A stretch of DNA of 64,000 nucleotides from a virus (taxonomy: Duplodnaviria; Caudoviricetes): IMG/VR virus record IMGVR_UViG_3300006139_000004, positions 1 through 64,000 of that record; one strand, given 5' to 3'. Position numbers and translations under genes: made by a program. This document shows, piece by piece, positions 48,224 to 58,768 of the stretch (position 1 is the stretch's first letter; each line of letters opens with the position of its first letter). The notes beneath the pieces are model-generated. The model had not been told where the DNA came from. It did not search any database and saw only the letters and a list, made by a program, of their open reading frames with translations.

Positions 48224-50416
48224 ATGAGAGTTTTACTCTTGTTGCGTGGATCGGCTGGTGTTGGTAAGTCCACATATATCAAAGAGCATGGGCTTGAGCC
48301 GTATGCACTGTCAGCAGATAATATTCGTATGATGTGTCAGTCCCCGGTAATGCAAACAAACGGAACTCTTGCAATTAGCCAATCGAATGAAAGGTTAGTA
48401 TGGTCGTTGTTATTCCAGATGCTTGAGGCAAGGATGCAGCGTGGAGAATTTGTAGTGATTGATGCAACAAATTCCAAGACACAAGAAATCAACCGCTATA
48501 AAGATATGGCTAAAACTTATCGGTATCGGATGTATTGTGTTGATATGACTGGTGTTCCTATGGAAGAATGTAAACGGCGTAATAAACTGAGGCCGATTTA
48601 CAAGCAAGTCCCGGATGAAGTCATCGAAAAGATGTATGCTCGTTTTGAGACACAATCTATTCCGGCTGGTGTGACCGTAATTCAGCCTGACGAACTGGAT
48701 AAAATTTGGTATAAGCCAAGCGATTTCTCTCATTATAAGAGGATTCATCATATTGGAGATATTCACGGATGCTATACCGTCTTGAAAGAGTATTTGAATG
48801 ATGGATTCAAAGATGATGAATTATATATTTTCTGCGGTGATTATATTGATCGTGGTATTGAAAATGTAGAAGTAATCAACTTCCTGTATGAAAACATGAA
48901 TCGTCCCAATGTAATATTGCTGGAAGGAAATCATGAACGCTGGCTTTGGTATTGGGCGCATGGTGGTACATCTAAATCAGCAGAGTTTGAGAAAGTTACC
49001 CGCAAGCAGCTTGAGGCTGGGGGGTTGGATTCTAAAATTGCTCGAATGTTGTATCGTAAATTTAATCAGTGTGTGTATTATACATACAATGAAAAAACTG
49101 TTTTGGTTACTCATGCTGGTTTAAGTGTAATTCCTGATAATCTGACAGAGATTGCATCTGAACAGATGATTCGTGGAGTTGGACGGTATAGTGAATACTT
49201 AGATGTTGCAAAGACATTTGATGAAATTATGCCTGAGAATACATATCAGGTGTTTGGTCATCGTAACACTGAGGATTCTCCGATTACGGTGTCAAAACGG
49301 TGTTTTGATCTGGAAGGTAACGTTGAGTTCGGCGGTAATCTTCGGGCTGTAGTTTTGGATGCAGACGGTTTTCATCCTGTAATGATCAGAAACACAGTGT
49401 TTAAAGAGCAGACTAACGAGGAAGCAGTTGTACCAACTGAATATACTGAAACAGAGCAAAACGTTATGGAAGTTGTGGATAAAATGCGTCAGAACAAATA
49501 CATTTACGAAAAGAAGTATGGCGACATTTCCTCTTTCAACTTTACCCGTGAGGCTTTCTATGATAAGAAGTGGAATGAGCAGACTACTAAGGCCAGAGGT
49601 TTGTTTATTAATACAGCAAATGGAACTGTAGTTGCCCGTTCTTACCCAAAATTCTTTAATGTTAATGAGAGAGCAGAAACAAAGTTTAGTATGCTCCAGC
49701 ATAAGTTGAAGTTCCCCGTTACTGCATATGTAAAAGAGAATGGATTCCTTGGCATGGTGTCATATAATCCTGATACAGATGATTTCTTTATTACCAGCAA
49801 GTCCAGTCCTGATAGCGAGTTTTCAGCATGGTTGAAGGCAATGTTCTATGAGAATGTAAATGACGTTGCTGGCCTGAAGGAATATCTGAAACGGAAGAAT
49901 GTCACAATGGTATTTGAGTGTGTAGACATGGAAAATGATCCTCACATTATCAAATACGACAAATCACATTTGTTCTTGTTGGATATTGTAAAAAATCAAC
50001 TTGAATATGAGAAATTGCCTTATCAGCAGCTTGTTCAGATCGGTAAAGAGTTCGGATTTGAAGTTAAGACACGTGCATATCAGTTTATGGATTGGCAGAG
50101 TTTCCGTAACTGGTATACTGAAATCATGGATGAGGAATATCTTTATGATGGCAATGTAGTTGAAGGTTTTGTTGTTGAGGACAATGCTGGGTACATGGTA
50201 AAATTCAAGTGCTATTACTATCATTTGTGGAAACATATGCGGTCTGTTGCACAGGAAGTATTCAGAAGCGGACAGTATCGCCGTATGGGATCGCTGCTTA
50301 CTCCGCTTGAAAATAAGTTCTATGGCTTCTGTAAGGAAATTAGAGATCGGGAACATCCCAATCATATCATTCCGTTGCGTGATATGTTCATGCAACAGTT
50401 GATTGAAAGCAAATAA
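48224..50416 (+). CDS. Polynucleotide kinase-phosphatase-RNA ligase (Pnkp-like)
   Basis: GSAGVGKST P-loop, IDATN; GDIHG/GDYIDRG/GNHE phosphoesterase; ARGL, KFFN, KENG, EGFV ligase motifs. Confidence 0.9.
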   Translation: MRVLLLLRGSAGVGKSTYIKEHGLEPYALSADNIRMMCQSPVMQTNGTLAISQSNERLVWSLLFQMLEARMQRGEFVVIDATNSKTQEINRYKDMAKTYRYRMYCVDMTGVPMEECKRRNKLRPIYKQVPDEVIEKMYARFETQSIPAGVTVIQPDELDKIWYKPSDFSHYKRIHHIGDIHGCYTVLKEYLNDGFKDDELYIFCGDYIDRGIENVEVINFLYENMNRPNVILLEGNHERWLWYWAHGGTSKSAEFEKVTRKQLEAGGLDSKIARMLYRKFNQCVYYTYNEKTVLVTHAGLSVIPDNLTEIASEQMIRGVGRYSEYLDVAKTFDEIMPENTYQVFGHRNTEDSPITVSKRCFDLEGNVEFGGNLRAVVLDADGFHPVMIRNTVFKEQTNEEAVVPTEYTETEQNVMEVVDKMRQNKYIYEKKYGDISSFNFTREAFYDKKWNEQTTKARGLFINTANGTVVARSYPKFFNVNERAETKFSMLQHKLKFPVTAYVKENGFLGMVSYNPDTDDFFITSKSSPDSEFSAWLKAMFYENVNDVAGLKEYLKRKNVTMVFECVDMENDPHIIKYDKSHLFLLDIVKNQLEYEKLPYQQLVQIGKEFGFEVKTRAYQFMDWQSFRNWYTEIMDEEYLYDGNVVEGFVVEDNAGYMVKFKCYYYHLWKHMRSVAQEVFRSGQYRRMGSLLTPLENKFYGFCKEIRDREHPNHIIPLRDMFMQQLIESK

Positions 50417-50443
50417 CAAGAAATACAACAACGAGGTTAAAGA

Positions 50444-50950
50444 ATGGACAGAGTTTTATTAAGCACTGGTAATAATAGCTGGGGAACTCCGCAGAAGTTC
50501 TTTGACCGCTTGAATCAAGTATTCCGTTTCACTCTTGATCCGTGTGCAGACGAAAACAATCATAAGTGCGATAAATTCTACACTGTGCAGGATGATGGCC
50601 TCTCGCAAAATTGGGGGGGGCAAGTAGTTTTCTGTAATCCACCGTACAGTCGTAGGACGAAGGATAATCCCGGACAAGAGGATTGGATTGAGAAATGTTG
50701 TTCAGAGAGTGAAAACAACAAGATCACAGCGGTCATGCTTATACCAGCAAGAACAGATACAAGGCCACAACACGAATATGTGTTTGCTCATGCAAAGTAT
50801 ATCTGCTTTGTTAGAGGGCGGTTAAAGTTCAACGATGGTGCTGATCCAGCACCGTTCCCAAGTGAAGTTGTTGTTTTCACTCAAGACAACTTTGACAAAG
50901 AAATCAAAGGTCTTTCAGACCTTGGGTTTTGGATTAAATTAAGGGAGTGA
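50444..50950 (+). CDS. Phage N6-adenine DNA methyltransferase (in-frame G8 tract)
   Basis: WGTP, FTLDPCA, DGL, CNPPYS, PARTDT. Confidence 0.9.
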   Translation: MDRVLLSTGNNSWGTPQKFFDRLNQVFRFTLDPCADENNHKCDKFYTVQDDGLSQNWGGQVVFCNPPYSRRTKDNPGQEDWIEKCCSESENNKITAVMLIPARTDTRPQHEYVFAHAKYICFVRGRLKFNDGADPAPFPSEVVVFTQDNFDKEIKGLSDLGFWIKLRE

Positions 50951-50956
50951 TGTGAA

Positions 50957-51686
50957 ATTAAATATGTTGGCAGCAAGTCTCGGATCGCCAAGCATATTGT
51001 TCCTATTATTCAGTCATACATCGACAAAACGGACGCAAACTTTTACTTAGAGCCTTTCATCGGGGGGGGCAAATGTAATTGATAAAATTTCTTGCAAGAG
51101 AAAGATTGGTTACGACATTAATCATTACTTGATTGAGTTATTCAAACATTTGGATATGATAGATGGATTGCCAGATGACATTTCAAAGCAAGAGTATAGT
51201 GATGTAAGGAAGTCGTGGCAAAATCAAGACGGTAAATATCCAGATTGGTATATCGGTGTAGTTGGCTTTCTTGCATCATATAACGGAAAGTTTTTCGGTG
51301 GTCGGGCTGGTACAGTAAGAACAAAGATTGGTACAATCAGAAACTACTATGACGAAGCAAAGCGAAACCTGATGACACAAATCCCAAATTTGTCAGGGAT
51401 TGAATTTGGAGAGTTTGATTACCAGCAACTTGATATGTCTAAGTTCAAAGGCGGCGTAATCTACTGCGATATTCCATATAAGAACACAACAGGCTATCAG
51501 CAGACATTTAATCATGATGAGTTTTGGGCGTGGGCTGAACGATGTTCAAGAGACAATATCGTTTTGGTGTCAGAACAGGTATCCCCGGATGGATGGAAGT
51601 CAATCTGGTCGAAGCCAGTTAAACGAACACTGGATAATGCGTCACGGATTGACATTACGGAACAACTATATATTTTTGACAAATAA
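50957..51686 (+). pseudogene. Dam/D12-class adenine methyltransferase, frameshifted at G8 (51062-51069)
   Basis: KYVGSKSR...EPFIGG in frame 1; ANVIDK...YCDIPY...VSE continues in the shifted frame; probable ATT start. Confidence 0.82.
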
Positions 51687-51858
51687 CAAGAAATACAAAT
51701 ATTGGAGATGATAATAGCATGACACGTATGGAACGAAAAAGAGTACATAAAATTCGACTTTTAAGCATTGCTGTGATGGTTGTTGCTTTGGCCTGTATCC
51801 TTGCTTGTTGTACTGCTCCCATGCACCCTGTTCCCGCATTTGGTTGAGGGGGTACAGA

Positions 51859-52610
51859 ATGGTAACAGTAGCTAAAACTTGGGGGGGGGGCAAGCACTAC
51901 CACTTGATAAAGGTTCTTTACGAACAAACGTAATATTCAATGATGATTGTATCAAAGGAATGTCATTGATGCCTGATGAATCGGTTGACTTGATTCTGAC
52001 TGATCCTCCATACAATATAAGCGTTAAAAATAATTTCCATACTTTAAAAGGTAGACATGGGATTGATTTTGGAGAATGGGATAAAGGATTTGATTTAACT
52101 GGTTGGATACCTAATGCGATTCGTATTTTAAAAAGTGGTGGAAACATTATTATTTTTAATGCTTGGAGAAATATGGGACAAATTGCAGATATGCTCGAAC
52201 AAAATGGGTGTTTAATAAAAGAAATGATTCAATGGCAAAAGACAAATCCAATGCCACGGAATAGAGATAGACTTTATGTAACTACTTGTGAATTTGCAAT
52301 TTGGGCTACAAAAGGAAAGGGTTGGACTTTTAATAGGCAAAGAGAAACATATGAAAATACAATTTTTGTTTATCCAATCGTTTCTGCAAAGCAAAGATTT
52401 CATCCTACGCAAAAACCGACAGCCCTAATTGAAGATTTGATAAAAATACATAGCAATGAAAAAGACATAATTTGTGATCCTTTTATGGGAAGTGGTTCAA
52501 CAGCATTGGCAGCATTACATACAGGACGCAAGTTTATTGGATATGAACTTGATGAAAAGTATTATGAAGTTGCTTGTCAACGAGTAGATCAAGAAATGAA
52601 AGGGTGTTGA
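51859..52610 (+). pseudogene. N4C/N6A beta-class DNA methyltransferase, ATG out of frame at G10 (51881-51890)
   Basis: TDPPY, HPTQKP, DPFMGSGST; RBS+ATG at 51859 runs into TAA unless the tract is G8 or G11. Confidence 0.75.
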
Positions 52611-52611
52611 A

Positions 52612-53900
52612 ATGCAGCCTATTTTCCCGGAATATATACAATTTTTGAAAAGCCATAATTGTGATGTAGATTGGTTCCATGAAAACACTTTTTGGCTTGA
52701 TAACAACATTGTAAAAGCCTTCAGACGGGGGGGCAAGTAGTTTTATTATACCGTGTATCGGTTGATGATAATTTACATCTGACTTTAACTAAGCATAAGC
52801 AGAATAAAAACTTTGATGACTTTGAAACGTGGCAAGAAGCAATTCAGAGAAATCGAAATAGGCTTTACCAGATAGAACAAGAAAGTATAAATTTGTTGCA
52901 ACAATATGGTTTACATACAGATCGAAGAATTATCAATACAAATTCTACTGGTAAAGATAGTATGGTGGTAACTCATCTTGCTAAAAAAGCTGAATTGAAT
53001 TTTGAAACATTCTTTAATGTCACAACACTTGATGTAGCAGAAAGTAATCAAATGGCAAAGCGCAATGGGTATCAGCACATCTTTCCTGATCCTCAATACG
53101 GTGGATTTTATCAATATGTTCATAATAGCAGAATGATACCAAATAGATTTACAAGATTTTGTTGTCAATATTTCAAGGAAAGGCCAACAATAGATTATTT
53201 CAACGCAGATGACAAACTTTTGTTTATGTTTGGTATTCGTAACGGAGAAAGTAATCAGCGATCAAACTATGAGGATATTATAAAGAATCCATTATGGGGT
53301 AATCGTGATTGGATAGGGGTTTTACCTATTCGCAAGTGGTCAGAATTAGATATTTGGCTTTATATTCTTGCAGAAGATATTGAAGTAAATCCTAAATACA
53401 AATATGGATATACAAGAGTTGGATGTGGAATTGCTTGTCCGTATTATACAAAATACACATGGGTTCTTGATAAGTTCTGGTATCCATATCTTTATAATCG
53501 TTGGAGAGATATTCTTCGTAATGATTTTGTCAGTAACAATAAATGGCTGATTATGAATTGCACAATTAAAGAATATGTTACAAAAGCATGGACAGGTGGT
53601 GTCTTTCGTACAGAGCCAACAGATGAGGTCATTCAGGAATATGCAGAACATTCCGGGTTAGATATAGAAGTTGCGAAAAAGTATTTCAACCGATATTGTT
53701 CAAATGGCTGTATTAGCAAGCGAAGTCAGCCATTAAAAATAAAAGATAAAAACACTTTAGCAATGAACATGAAGATGTTTGGTCGTGATATTGAGAAATT
53801 CAAATGCAAGAAGTGTTTAATGAAAGAGTTTGGATGGACTCAAGAACAATGGAATAAACAAGTTAATGAATTCAAAAATCAAGGATGCAGACTATTTTGA
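52612..53900 (+). pseudogene. PAPS-reductase-family (DndC-like) protein, frameshifted at G7 (52727-52733)
   Basis: STGKDS, RFCC, GIRNGESNQR, RVGCGIACP; N-terminal ORF from 52612 stops right after the tract and the shifted frame is open into 52893. Confidence 0.8.
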
Positions 53901-53912
53901 TTATAAGGAGAG

Positions 53913-54317
53913 ATGCTAATGAAAATTTACTATGCTCATCATGTTTGGAAGTACGATACGCCTATAGAAAATTTTGAAATCAAGTGTATTGAACGGCAAT
54001 TTAAAGATGCAGTTATTGTAAATCCTCGCACAACCATCCCGCAAGATCAACCAGAAAGCGTCATTCTTGATTACGCATATAAAGCACTCGATGACTGTGA
54101 GGCTATTGTGTTCTCTACATTTTCAGGAATGATCGGACATGGAGTATTTAATGAAATCATCTATGCTTTTAATGCTGGAAAGAAAGTATATCAGCTTGAC
54201 GGAACTGAATGTATTGAAATTAGAAGTTACACAGATTTTATTGAGCATGGAATTCGTGATTTTATTTTCCGTGGTGATAACAGAATGTACGCCGTTGTAA
54301 ATTCTCCATGTTGGTGA
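53913..54317 (+). CDS. Nucleoside 2-deoxyribosyltransferase-like protein
   Basis: KIYYA, VNP, CEAIVF, GVFNEIIYAFNAGKKV. Confidence 0.6.
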   Translation: MLMKIYYAHHVWKYDTPIENFEIKCIERQFKDAVIVNPRTTIPQDQPESVILDYAYKALDDCEAIVFSTFSGMIGHGVFNEIIYAFNAGKKVYQLDGTECIEIRSYTDFIEHGIRDFIFRGDNRMYAVVNSPCW

Positions 54318-54318
54318 T

Positions 54319-55194
54319 GTGATGGGATTAAGAGTTTTATCAATTTGTGGTGGTCTTGAAACTGGATTGCTGGCTTTAAAAGAATTAGGAATACCAGTTG
54401 ATGAATACCATACTTATGAAATTTTTGAACCAGCTATCGAACTTAGTAAAAGGCATTTTCCTGAAATTATTCATCATGGAGATGTTATTGGAGCAGATTT
54501 TTCACAGTTTAAAGGTTTTGATCTGGTGATGGCTGGTACGTGCTGCCAGAGTTTATCGGTAGTCCGGCAAGAAAACAATCAAGTATGTTCAGGACTGAAG
54601 GGCAAATCTGGCATTTTCTTTGAGTATGCAAGAGCCGTCAAAGAAATTCAGCCAAAATGGTTCCTGTTGGAGAATGTAGTTCCAAAAAGCAAGACTGATC
54701 AGAATATTATTACCGATAACTTGGGGGGGCAAATTCCTCAGTTGATAAATTCAAATCTCTTTTCTGCACAAGACAGGGAGAGATTGTATTGGACGAATAT
54801 TCATATTGGTTCGCTGCCTAAATTAAACACAACCGTCCTGAAAGATATAATGGTATCAGATGCGCCAGAGAAAGATTATTATGATAAACCATATATCTTT
54901 CATGGTGAAGATAAAAAAGTAATCGCTACATTACAAGTTAATACACATGATATGTTGAAACGAGTTTACAATCCTCAATTTAAATGTGCAACTTTGACTT
55001 GTGTGAATGGTGGTTATCAAGAAAAGAAAGTTTGGGATAATGGACGTATTCGCAAACTGACACCTGTTGAGTATGAGAGGTTACAAACATTGCCAGATAA
55101 TTTTACAGAAGGATATAGTGACAATGTTCGGCGTTCACTCTGCGGCAATGGGTGGACAAAAGAGGTTATAAAGCATATTTTCAAGGGCTTATAA
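54319..55194 (+). CDS. dcm: DNA cytosine-5 methyltransferase (in-frame G7 tract)
   Basis: VLSICGG, GTCCQ, LENV, QDRERLYW, ERLQT, GNGW. Confidence 0.85.
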   Translation: MMGLRVLSICGGLETGLLALKELGIPVDEYHTYEIFEPAIELSKRHFPEIIHHGDVIGADFSQFKGFDLVMAGTCCQSLSVVRQENNQVCSGLKGKSGIFFEYARAVKEIQPKWFLLENVVPKSKTDQNIITDNLGGQIPQLINSNLFSAQDRERLYWTNIHIGSLPKLNTTVLKDIMVSDAPEKDYYDKPYIFHGEDKKVIATLQVNTHDMLKRVYNPQFKCATLTCVNGGYQEKKVWDNGRIRKLTPVEYERLQTLPDNFTEGYSDNVRRSLCGNGWTKEVIKHIFKGL

Positions 55195-55224
55195 CAATAA
55201 ATACAACAAGAAAGAAGGTATAAG

Positions 55225-55569
55225 ATGGCAAAGATTGTAGAGTTAGAAAGTGGCACTAATCCTGTTGAGGAAGTTACTGATCCAAAGCAGAAGGCAAAGA
55301 ACGAGACAGAGGAAATGATTCAGCGTTTGATGAAAAAGGCATATGTGCTTGGATTGTCTGCTGGTATGAAAACCATGTGTGGTTCTATTCTTGAGAAGAT
55401 GAATCAGAATAAGAATCTTAATCCTCAGAAGCAGTTGATGCTTTTACGTCAGTGGTGTAATCACAATTTGGCAATTAACAACAAACAGGACGAGAACAAC
55501 GATACAGAAAGCAAGTCAGAGGAAACTACAAATAATACAGATAAAAAGGAGAATGAAAATGATGCGTAA
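55225..55569 (+). CDS. Hypothetical protein
   Basis: ORF with RBS. Confidence 0.65.
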   Translation: MAKIVELESGTNPVEEVTDPKQKAKNETEEMIQRLMKKAYVLGLSAGMKTMCGSILEKMNQNKNLNPQKQLMLLRQWCNHNLAINNKQDENNDTESKSEETTNNTDKKENENDA

Positions 55570-55825
55570 GTCACAGAGCAATTCCACTATTTTGACCGAA
55601 AAGGCGGCGCAGTTAGACAGTCTGATGAAGGATTCTGAGAACGCAGTATCCGTGATTACCACAACGATTGATAGGCTGGCAAATGTAAATGCCCGTATCA
55701 ATTCTACTCGTCAGGAGATTGAGTCCTATAAGGCCGAACTTGAGCGTTTGGATGGTTCTATGGAGCAGCAGTTCTCTCACAACGCTAAGATCATCGAGAA
55801 GTTTAAGAACTTTCTGGAGGACTAA
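55553..55825 (+). CDS. Coiled-coil hypothetical protein
   Basis: Heptad pattern. Confidence 0.6.
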   Translation: MKMMRKSQSNSTILTEKAAQLDSLMKDSENAVSVITTTIDRLANVNARINSTRQEIESYKAELERLDGSMEQQFSHNAKIIEKFKNFLED

Positions 55826-56385
55826 TGAATAGGGATACGTTTGAAAAAGAAATTGGCTGGATTCATTCAGAGAAAATTGCAAAGTTTGCTACATATTGTG
55901 TAAACAATCTTCCTGACTATTTCTTTACGGTTCCTGCATCGTCAAGTGGCAAGTATCATCCTTCTTATGCTCTTGGAGATGGTGGCCTTGTCCGGCATAC
56001 CAAAGCTGCTGTATCCATTGCTCATGAACTGTTTAATCTTGAAATGTTCCCATTTACTAATGACGAGCAAGACTTGATTATTGTAAGCCTTATTCTTCAT
56101 GATGGCTTGAAACAGGGTGATGGCAATGGAAAGAGGACAGTATTTGACCATCCTATTTTTGCAGCGAATTTTGTAAAGAGGTGCAATATTGAAAGTCAGT
56201 TGTTGACTGATGAACAGGAAGCCTTTGTAGTAAACGCCATTGAATCTCATATGGGGCAATGGAATACATCAAAGTATTCTAAAGTTGAGTTGCCAAAGCC
56301 TAAGAATAAGTTTCAGAAATATGTTCATCTGTGTGACTATCTGGCCTCACGAAAGTATTTGGAATTTAATTTTGAAGCTATTTAA
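55825..56385 (+). CDS. HD-domain phosphohydrolase
   Basis: PASSSGKYH, GGLVRHT, LHDGLK, HMG, HLCD. Confidence 0.85.
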   Translation: MNRDTFEKEIGWIHSEKIAKFATYCVNNLPDYFFTVPASSSGKYHPSYALGDGGLVRHTKAAVSIAHELFNLEMFPFTNDEQDLIIVSLILHDGLKQGDGNGKRTVFDHPIFAANFVKRCNIESQLLTDEQEAFVVNAIESHMGQWNTSKYSKVELPKPKNKFQKYVHLCDYLASRKYLEFNFEAI

Positions 56386-56408
56386 AAACAGTAAAGGAGA
56401 AAAAGTAA

Positions 56409-57611
56409 ATGAGTTATCAAGCACGATTCAGTTTTGTTGGTACTCCCGTCATTCCCAAGCAGAAGTCAGATACCAAGCGTCCTTTCTGCAAGGAGGGTGA
56501 GTATGTTGATAAGCAGACTAAAAAGAAGCGCAAGACACTTTCTATGACGTTTGGTGTTAAGGAAACGGACTCAAATATGGCATTTGTTGAGGCTTTTGAT
56601 AGTGTTCAGTCCACAATTAAGACAATGGATGCCGACAATGAGAAGATGGATGTTGATTGGGATGACCGTTTCGATGAGGAAATTGTTGATAAGGTTGCCA
56701 GTTATCGTAAGTACATTGTTGATCTTGGTGAGGAATGTGGTGGTCGGCAGGAGTTCATCACCGTCTATGACATGATTCAGCACTTGCAGGAGTATCTTCC
56801 TCAGTACGATGGGCGTGTGGTGGTTACAGGCCAGTTCACTCGTGATTGGTACGCCAAGAAGAAGATGTATTTTAGCAAGTTCCGTATCCAGAATGTTTTT
56901 GCCGCCCCCGAAGAGCGCAAGAGTCGTTTGCTGATTACTGCTGATTTGTTCTATAACAAGTCCAGTCTGGATGATTCTGATTATGCAGAGAATAAGAAGA
57001 TGACTCTGGATTGCTACATTGAGCAGTATATTAACAAGGATGAGGGTAGGAAGTTTGTTCCCATTCAGTGTGTGTTCTCTGGCGCAAAGTATGATCCTGA
57101 GAATGAGAAGCACAAGAAGCTGCTGGCTAACAAGATGAGTTATCTTAATGTTGCCAAGATGAAGGTTCAGAACGATCAGGATGAGATTGTTACTGTAAAG
57201 GGTGATGAGTACGTCCATATCCCTTGGGAGATTGTTCTTCTGCGTGGTGCTGAAGAAGTTGACTTTGACGAGTCTATGTTGACTGAGCGGCAGCGTGAAC
57301 AAGTTGAACTTGGTATTCGCACTGTTGATGATTTCCGTCCGAAGGGAAATGTCTTTGGTGATCGGGTTGATGAATTCAGACTGAAGGATGTTATCATTTC
57401 GTCTGACGATTTCAAAGATGGATATTGTCGGCTTGCTGATGACAAGGGAGATGAGTTCGAGGAAAAGATTTATCAGCCTCCGCAGGATGAAACTATGGAA
57501 GAGGCTAAAAAGAACTCTAAGAAAGCCAAGAACACCGAGTCTAATGACGATGATCCTCCGTTTGACGAGGACAAGAAGAATGATGGTGTTGATGAAGATG
57601 ACCTGTTTTAA
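56409..57611 (+). CDS. Putative single-stranded DNA-binding protein
   Basis: Acidic tail ending DEDDLF; next to AAA ATPase in replication module. Confidence 0.6.
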   Translation: MSYQARFSFVGTPVIPKQKSDTKRPFCKEGEYVDKQTKKKRKTLSMTFGVKETDSNMAFVEAFDSVQSTIKTMDADNEKMDVDWDDRFDEEIVDKVASYRKYIVDLGEECGGRQEFITVYDMIQHLQEYLPQYDGRVVVTGQFTRDWYAKKKMYFSKFRIQNVFAAPEERKSRLLITADLFYNKSSLDDSDYAENKKMTLDCYIEQYINKDEGRKFVPIQCVFSGAKYDPENEKHKKLLANKMSYLNVAKMKVQNDQDEIVTVKGDEYVHIPWEIVLLRGAEEVDFDESMLTERQREQVELGIRTVDDFRPKGNVFGDRVDEFRLKDVIISSDDFKDGYCRLADDKGDEFEEKIYQPPQDETMEEAKKNSKKAKNTESNDDDPPFDEDKKNDGVDEDDLF

Positions 57612-57628
57612 GGGGGAGGTAGATAAAT

Positions 57629-58768
57629 ATGGCAAGGAAATTTGGACAGAAGCGTGAGATTTGCATTGACCCTTTGGCTTATAACATTGGTCTGATCGGT
57701 GAGAGTGGTATTGGTAAGTCCACTGTTATCAAGGAGGTCTGTGAGAAGTTGGCTGGTGATGAGGGCTATATTGCCCTCGACATTGGTAAGGAAGATGGAC
57801 ACGATGCTATTAATGGGATTGTATCTGAAAAGATTCCTGATTGGGCTAAATTCAAGGAGTTCTGTGATGACGTGATTGAAAATAAGTTGACTGATTACAA
57901 GGATTTGCGTGTTGTTGTTCTTGATACATTTGATCAGTTGCTTGAGATTGCGGAGCCTGAAGTTATCCGTATGCACAATAGGGCTAATCCTGATAAGCCA
58001 AAGATTACTTCTATTAAGGCAGCGTTCGGCGGCTTTATGGCTGGCGAGGATAAGGCAATTCAGATTGTACTTGATAAGTTGTGGGAACTGAAGGGCGTTG
58101 GTGTTTCATTTATTGCGATTGGACATACCAAGAAAAAGGATGTTGATGATCCGATTACTGGTGAGTCTTATTCTATCTTGACAACCAATATGAGCCAGCG
58201 TTATTTCAATGCCCTCAAGACCAAGTTGCATTTTCTTGGTGTCGCCTACATTGACCGTGAGATTGTCAAGCAGAAAACGGGCAAGAAGAATGTTGTTACC
58301 AAGCAGGAAGAAGTCAAGGGTAAGGTTATGAGTGAGAGCCGCCGCATTTCTTTCCGTGATGATAACTACAGTGTCGATTCTAAGTCTCGCTTTGCTGATA
58401 TTGTTGATGAAATTCCTCTGGATTCTGACGCTTTTATCAAGGCAATCACTGATGCAATTATGGCTGAACACAGTAAGGGCGACAAGACTGTGGAACAGTC
58501 TAAGAAAGATTTAGAGAAGGCACGTAAGCAGAAGGAGGCCGAGGTTGCTGAGAAGCTGGAACATGATGCAGCAAACAAGGTTGACGAGGAAAAGAACGCC
58601 GAGTTGGTTAGCACCATTCAGAATAAGTTCTCTGATGTAAGTGCCGCAACTAAGAAAAAGGTAAAGGCTTTTATGGCAGAGCATGATATTCCGAATTTCA
58701 AGAACGCAGATGAAATTCCTACTGCGAACCTTGAGGCCATTGTCGCTATGCTGAATGAGGATGAATGA
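57629..58768 (+). CDS. AAA_24/Sak4-like ATPase
   Basis: GESGIGKST, VVLDT, IGH, KSRF. Confidence 0.8.
   Translation: MARKFGQKREICIDPLAYNIGLIGESGIGKSTVIKEVCEKLAGDEGYIALDIGKEDGHDAINGIVSEKIPDWAKFKEFCDDVIENKLTDYKDLRVVVLDTFDQLLEIAEPEVIRMHNRANPDKPKITSIKAAFGGFMAGEDKAIQIVLDKLWELKGVGVSFIAIGHTKKKDVDDPITGESYSILTTNMSQRYFNALKTKLHFLGVAYIDREIVKQKTGKKNVVTKQEEVKGKVMSESRRISFRDDNYSVDSKSRFADIVDEIPLDSDAFIKAITDAIMAEHSKGDKTVEQSKKDLEKARKQKEAEVAEKLEHDAANKVDEEKNAELVSTIQNKFSDVSAATKKKVKAFMAEHDIPNFKNADEIPTANLEAIVAMLNEDE

Noticed and set aside
47305-48282. 325-aa minus-strand ORF
   Set aside because: Antisense shadow of the DGR-target gene; no RT motifs
11388-53900. Complete Dnd/Ssp phosphorothioation operon
   Set aside because: IscS and the PAPS-reductase-like gene are 40 kb apart and no DndD/DndE/SspBC are recognisable
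56571-57635. 354-aa minus-strand ORF
   Set aside because: Antisense shadow of the SSB-like gene
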